Origin: a virus
Taxonomy: Duplodnaviria > Caudoviricetes
Strand: one strand, 5' to 3'
Virus record (IMG/VR): IMGVR_UViG_3300031588_000004
Span: 1-37,394 of that record
Length of the DNA: 37,394 nucleotides
The translations under genes and the position numbers were made by a program. The notes under the pieces were generated by a model. It was not told where the DNA came from and did not search any database. It saw only the letters and a list, made by a program, of their open reading frames with translations. Positions 35,301-37,394 of the stretch are shown here, in pieces (positions within the stretch are counted from its first letter, which is position 1; each line of letters opens with the position of its first letter).

Positions 35301-37394
35301 TTTGCGGCGTATCAGCAGTCTTACGAGCGCATGGATGTCAAGGCGCAAGAGGAACTCGGCAAGAAGGTCATGCGGGAGTTTGACCGTGAGTTGACTGCGG
35401 AGTGGAAGGAAAACTGGGAGAAGATGCAGGCCGAGGTGGAGGCAGAAATCAATGCCGATCCCATCGTCCAACTCAGGCACTGGCTCCAGATGAAGACACT
35501 GCTCAACGAAGAGACACCCGAGGAGATGGAGCACATCCGCCTGGACCTCGACACGATCAAAGAGAAGTACGGCGGCAAGAGCACCGTCAAGGCACTGGGC
35601 GGCACAGGTTCGTACTCGATGGTTCAGAAGGATGGCATGGACCCGGAGCTGCTTGCACCTCAATTGGGATTTGAGAGCGGGCAGGAGGTGGTAGACGCGC
35701 TGGTTGCGACAACCAACCGAAAGCTGTCAATCAAGATCGAAACCGACAAGCGGATGAAGGAAACCTACGGTGACATTCTAAACGATGGCACGATGTCCGA
35801 ACTCGCGATTGACGCCCTCGAGAGTGATGCCAAGGGGGATTTCCTCATCCGCCAGCAGCGCATTCTGGGGCACCGGGCAGGCATCGCAAACAACCTGCCG
35901 CAAGCGATTGCTCGAGACGTTGCTCGTGAAGTGGTGCAGGGCAAGCAGATCCGATCTTTGCGGCCTGATCTGTACCGTAACGCCGAGGCCAGGGCTGTTG
36001 CTGAACTCTTGGGTGCGGTGGAATCCGGTGACTGGCAGGCAGCCCATGAGGCTGGGCGTAAGCAACTGCTGAACCACTTCTTGGCTGTGGCTGCGGTGAA
36101 GGCCAAGGAGCAGACCACCAAGTGGCACGGGTACACGAAGACATTCGACAAGAAGGCCAAGCGGGAGCGTCTTGCGCGTGCTGGAGAGGACTATCTCGAT
36201 CAGGTTGATTCTCTGCTGGAACGGTTTGACCTGCGGCAGATGAGCAACAAGAAGGCCGACTTGGCGCTGGCTGATTGGGTAAACGCACGGCTTGATGCGG
36301 CCAAAGAACGGAACGATGAACTCGGCGGCGTACTCATTGCAGAGCCCGCGTTTGTCATCAATGAGCAGATGCTAGACCGGGATTTCAGGCAGCACTGGCG
36401 CACGATGACCGTTTCCGAGATGGGTGGCCTGGTCGATGCGGTCAAGAACATCGAGCACCTTGCCATGACAGAACTCAAGCTATTGCTGGAACGCGACAAG
36501 TTGGATTTCGAGACTCGCGTAGAGCAGTCCCTTGAAACCATCAATGCCAACCAGCGCACAGACAGGCCGATTTCGATTGAAACCGGGAACCAACTAAAAG
36601 AGCAGCTCCGCCTTTCGGTGGGTGCGTACTTTGCGAGTCATCGGAAGCTGGCGAGTCTTTTGTCCGAGATGGATGGCGGCTATGGGGGTGTACTCTTTGA
36701 CATGATTATCCGGCCAATGGACGAGGCTGGGAACAGAGAGAACTCGATGCGGATCGAGGCGGGTCAGCGTCTGGGTGAAATCTTCGCACCGTACATGGGT
36801 GACTTGACGCAGAAGTTCAAGCGCACTGCGGAAACTGCGACCTTTGGCCTTGTCGATGCAGTCACCCCCGACATTACGAAGCAAGAGAAGGTTCCCGGCA
36901 CGGGTTCCAATGTGATGCCAATGTCCAAGATTGCACGCCTCATGGCTGTGCTGAACATGGGCAACGCGGGGAACCTCCAGAGACTGACTGACGGTTACGG
37001 GTGGAGCCAGTCCGATGCTCTGGCAATTCTCGACACTCTTACCAAGGAGGACATGGATTTCGTCCAGGGTGTTTGGGATTACATCGAGGAATACTGGGGC
37101 GACGTGTCAGACCTACAGCGCAGGATTGCAGGCGTGGCTCCGAAGAAGATCAAGCGGCAAGCCATCGAGACGCGGCACGGGACTTATGCCGGTGGATACT
37201 TCCCGGTCAAGTACGACAGCTCGCAAACCCCCCAGGCGTGGCAGGATTCCGTTGCCGATGCTGCCCAAAACATGATGTCCACGGTGCGCGGCAAGGCGAA
37301 GACACAAGACTCATTTACGAAGCAGCGCGTGCGGAAGGTGGTAGACCGGCAGATCCAGCTTGACTTCGGTGTCATCTTCGGACATGTGGGTGAC
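29391..37394 (+). CDS. Giant ejection/large polyvalent protein; continues across the junction to 1886 (3,068 aa total)
   Basis: The ATG at 29391 overlaps the previous TGA. Hand translation found no in-frame stop, and the ORF track lists no closed ORF in this frame. Domains: Gly/Ala hydrophobic N-terminus, LPD22-like (~30750-30940), ART-like (31365-31694), EEIQxDW GNAT-like (31902-33950), ART-like (33963-34748) and HESAH peptidase (34770-35230). Confidence 0.92.
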   Translation, partial: MTQPFFTDEEWEAADERDRKRQELLVEAEKAQVRNIADVRAREQAPQRAEVLGIEKRTNVPFDTVERNLDEMRARDAWQQLGPQSVEYSPAWRKLLNSKIAPLVMQNPASTRAISDAIDFRTVGSPQQGALGAGIDQGNWMTEVAKLGWRVKFGLGSDADNVNFNQMRLNPPEVPDAPGYLDDVGVMVASQVPVQASILAYGTTAAAGGAALGGMSGGLPGAGAGGASMFVVGTAFASYHLEGGLAYADMRGEAERVLSESGEVIPHGAIVGASELVGVLNGALEFLSFGVMTRNPFVAGLKRKLSAKAGLDIIKSKTLRPYLIAFGKRMAVSAGTEASTEFAQEQVLMAVNQALIASTTSLSAQVPEDWSERSLKSFLSGFIVGPAMTTAVAPYHAAVMRVGMNKQTLAHAKRLDAITAARLKDGGLADADPQAVREWIQGQIEEGGGDPNLYLPADNIAELFQEDETLAESLPEVAEQLAEAQVAGTDVVIPISDYATYLAAYHEKLKGVVRHGLGERNTSEAESNSAEDEANLRTELEALAGTEEGAVEPTPGERVEQSMVEKLIRTASASPETAARLADLLRQHAERRASDPAVGERAFEEADIGIEGPLGAQAGPGVAAELGQPVNLDSMLNELRGTAPEAAAEGAVEGRLAGTKVVDESGNPETVYHGTSSARDALELEDRRGIGGIFFTRNRAEAQRRAEFVANRDGGEPRVLEAKVGIKNPSPPGSGLRKERVGQEGETLESYDGYISDSEIAVFDRSQIFEVDPAPTPPAAATPESAELAAMLEQLGFDLEQMTNEEVIEALGDRFADAGTTLFQPVELDNERPLAGAFHSALGRVLRESPQRKMTVPQLRKMLQKKTVKKDEVVWSGVEEYLAALDPEAKVDLDEMMEVIKLIKVEEVVLGERGDNTNELRELWIEEEVQGHSAIITEDGSFEVRDSDGFVEAANFATEDEALESARENVEAAAQEMDAQDFTSALFEMGVDIHSEFMSDGATQHETYVLDGGTEYRETLITMPADWRQAGGPPESVLLRQEINALEKRLTDTTTELTFLPSDTLSVVNPERARMQKELQTIAVEYNELNAQLDAIPREQKLAEREQWNRETETFTGGHYGSTAPNVLVHVRHNDRIGPNGEKVLFIEEIQDDWAKAGRKEGYGGLSTAESEELASLQQQYQAVPSPDRHTRVDYIPIVERIKELQAKGGGVPNRPFKSTGHELALKRMIALAINEGYDSVAWTPGHVQVERYETELRQTVDSIRWEVLPSDGEQTAAVVEDVDAWIVSDPNGERVLSTSNEDRATALADNIGGTVVREQETVTPAQAPGEIAVSTYKDGNVAVGMQVDPQSGLVKGSTAGDGIPVDTPLEDVVGKDIAKQILEGGPSGTVEGDNLTIGGKGFTDIYDTKLVKAANKLGKKYGAKVEMGEVESDALIGQARRAQRFNRGEELEVTQVDEGEWTILNLGVPTATYPDRMTAEAQRQRLIDEVQVIDASTVSVHTLNLTPEMKSAVQEEGLPLFQPAFHGTPHRFDKFTLDHIGEGEGAQAFGWGLYFASRRGVAEYYKESLTKNARTYAVDGVELDDPTRPGGGMVESLDRAAESPESLETRIDFLKRRLALISRNDSRSRLIGREQRVLAFAESLRGKTVTITSESGQLFEADIPESGELLDYDLPLSEQPEGVRLKLEPIMRERFGDAWEDHMQRTGQNFYYNVALPVAWNKFAPSTQDDMSETSDRDAAKMASQLLLEAGIPGLQYTEGQLSGGGGTAKNFVIWDEEAINVLNTFFQPADKGIRGSLSYNNELTNVIMRFTKSKNLSTGLHESAHLFFAMMLKDAQTEGIAPQLQTDMQTALDFLGMDSVESLLQDSQGNLSDEARAAHEKWARAFEMYLREGKAPSAALRESFSRFKSWLLHLYKTLRGLDVELNPEMRQVFDRLLASDEQIAQAKQQDRMLPAFESAEAGEMTPAQFAAYQQSYERMDVKAQEELGKKVMREFDRELTAEWKENWEKMQAEVEAEINADPIVQLRHWLQMKTLLNEETPEEMEHIRLDLDTIKEKYGGKSTVKALGGTGSYSMVQKDGMDPELLAPQLGFESGQEVVDALVATTNRKLSIKIETDKRMKETYGDILNDGTMSELAIDALESDAKGDFLIRQQRILGHRAGIANNLPQAIARDVAREVVQGKQIRSLRPDLYRNAEARAVAELLGAVESGDWQAAHEAGRKQLLNHFLAVAAVKAKEQTTKWHGYTKTFDKKAKRERLARAGEDYLDQVDSLLERFDLRQMSNKKADLALADWVNARLDAAKERNDELGGVLIAEPAFVINEQMLDRDFRQHWRTMTVSEMGGLVDAVKNIEHLAMTELKLLLERDKLDFETRVEQSLETINANQRTDRPISIETGNQLKEQLRLSVGAYFASHRKLASLLSEMDGGYGGVLFDMIIRPMDEAGNRENSMRIEAGQRLGEIFAPYMGDLTQKFKRTAETATFGLVDAVTPDITKQEKVPGTGSNVMPMSKIARLMAVLNMGNAGNLQRLTDGYGWSQSDALAILDTLTKEDMDFVQGVWDYIEEYWGDVSDLQRRIAGVAPKKIKRQAIETRHGTYAGGYFPVKYDSSQTPQAWQDSVADAAQNMMSTVRGKAKTQDSFTKQRVRKVVDRQIQLDFGVIFGHVGD
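33952..34762 (+). repeat. 13-bp direct repeat TCTTCCAGCCTGC at 33952-33964 and 34750-34762
   Basis: Exact copies 798 bp (266 codons) apart, bracketing the second ART-like domain. Confidence 0.85.
36712..37394. repeat. Terminal direct repeat, right copy (683 bp)
   Basis: Matches 1-683 except for A at 36780. Confidence 0.98.

Noticed and set aside
29369-37375. Numerous 60-170-aa ORFs on the minus strand and in alternative + frames
   Set aside because: They are shadows of the giant GC-rich gene, with no recognisable motifs.
1-37394. Integrated prophage or alternative genetic code
   Set aside because: There are no host genes, att sites or integrase, and core genes read through intact in the standard bacterial code with all three stop codons used as ends.

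Overview
The window is one complete, circularly closable tailed-phage genome. The unit length is 36,711 bp, and bases 1-683 recur at 36712-37394 with a single mismatch. No host DNA is evident. The virion module is podovirus-type (T7/BPP-1-like): terminases, portal, scaffold, capsid, cement, tail tubes A/B, three ejection proteins, two paralogous tailspikes and a third fibre. It is followed by a holin/M15 endolysin/spanin lysis cassette, which implies a diderm host. The early/replication region is lambdoid: divergent promoters, a Cro-like HTH, an initiator, a DnaB-like helicase, a RuvC-like resolvase and Gp157. I see no DNA or RNA polymerase, integrase, reverse transcriptase, tRNA or CRISPR array. 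The ORF track misses the largest gene, an uninterrupted frame from 29391 that crosses the junction and stops at 1886 (9,207 nt, 3,068 aa). It looks like an injected polyvalent protein carrying two ADP-ribosyltransferase-fold domains, a GNAT-like domain and an HExxH metallopeptidase. Three of the domain junctions are marked by (L/F)FQP linkers, and one cassette is bracketed by an exact 13-bp direct repeat. Other highlights are a triple-motif structured RNA leader before the capsid gene, an apparently split LapG/BTLCP protease plus lipoprotein pair, a tailspike duplication scar, and a probable CTG-start terminase small subunit. All family assignments come from motif recognition by eye, not from database searches.
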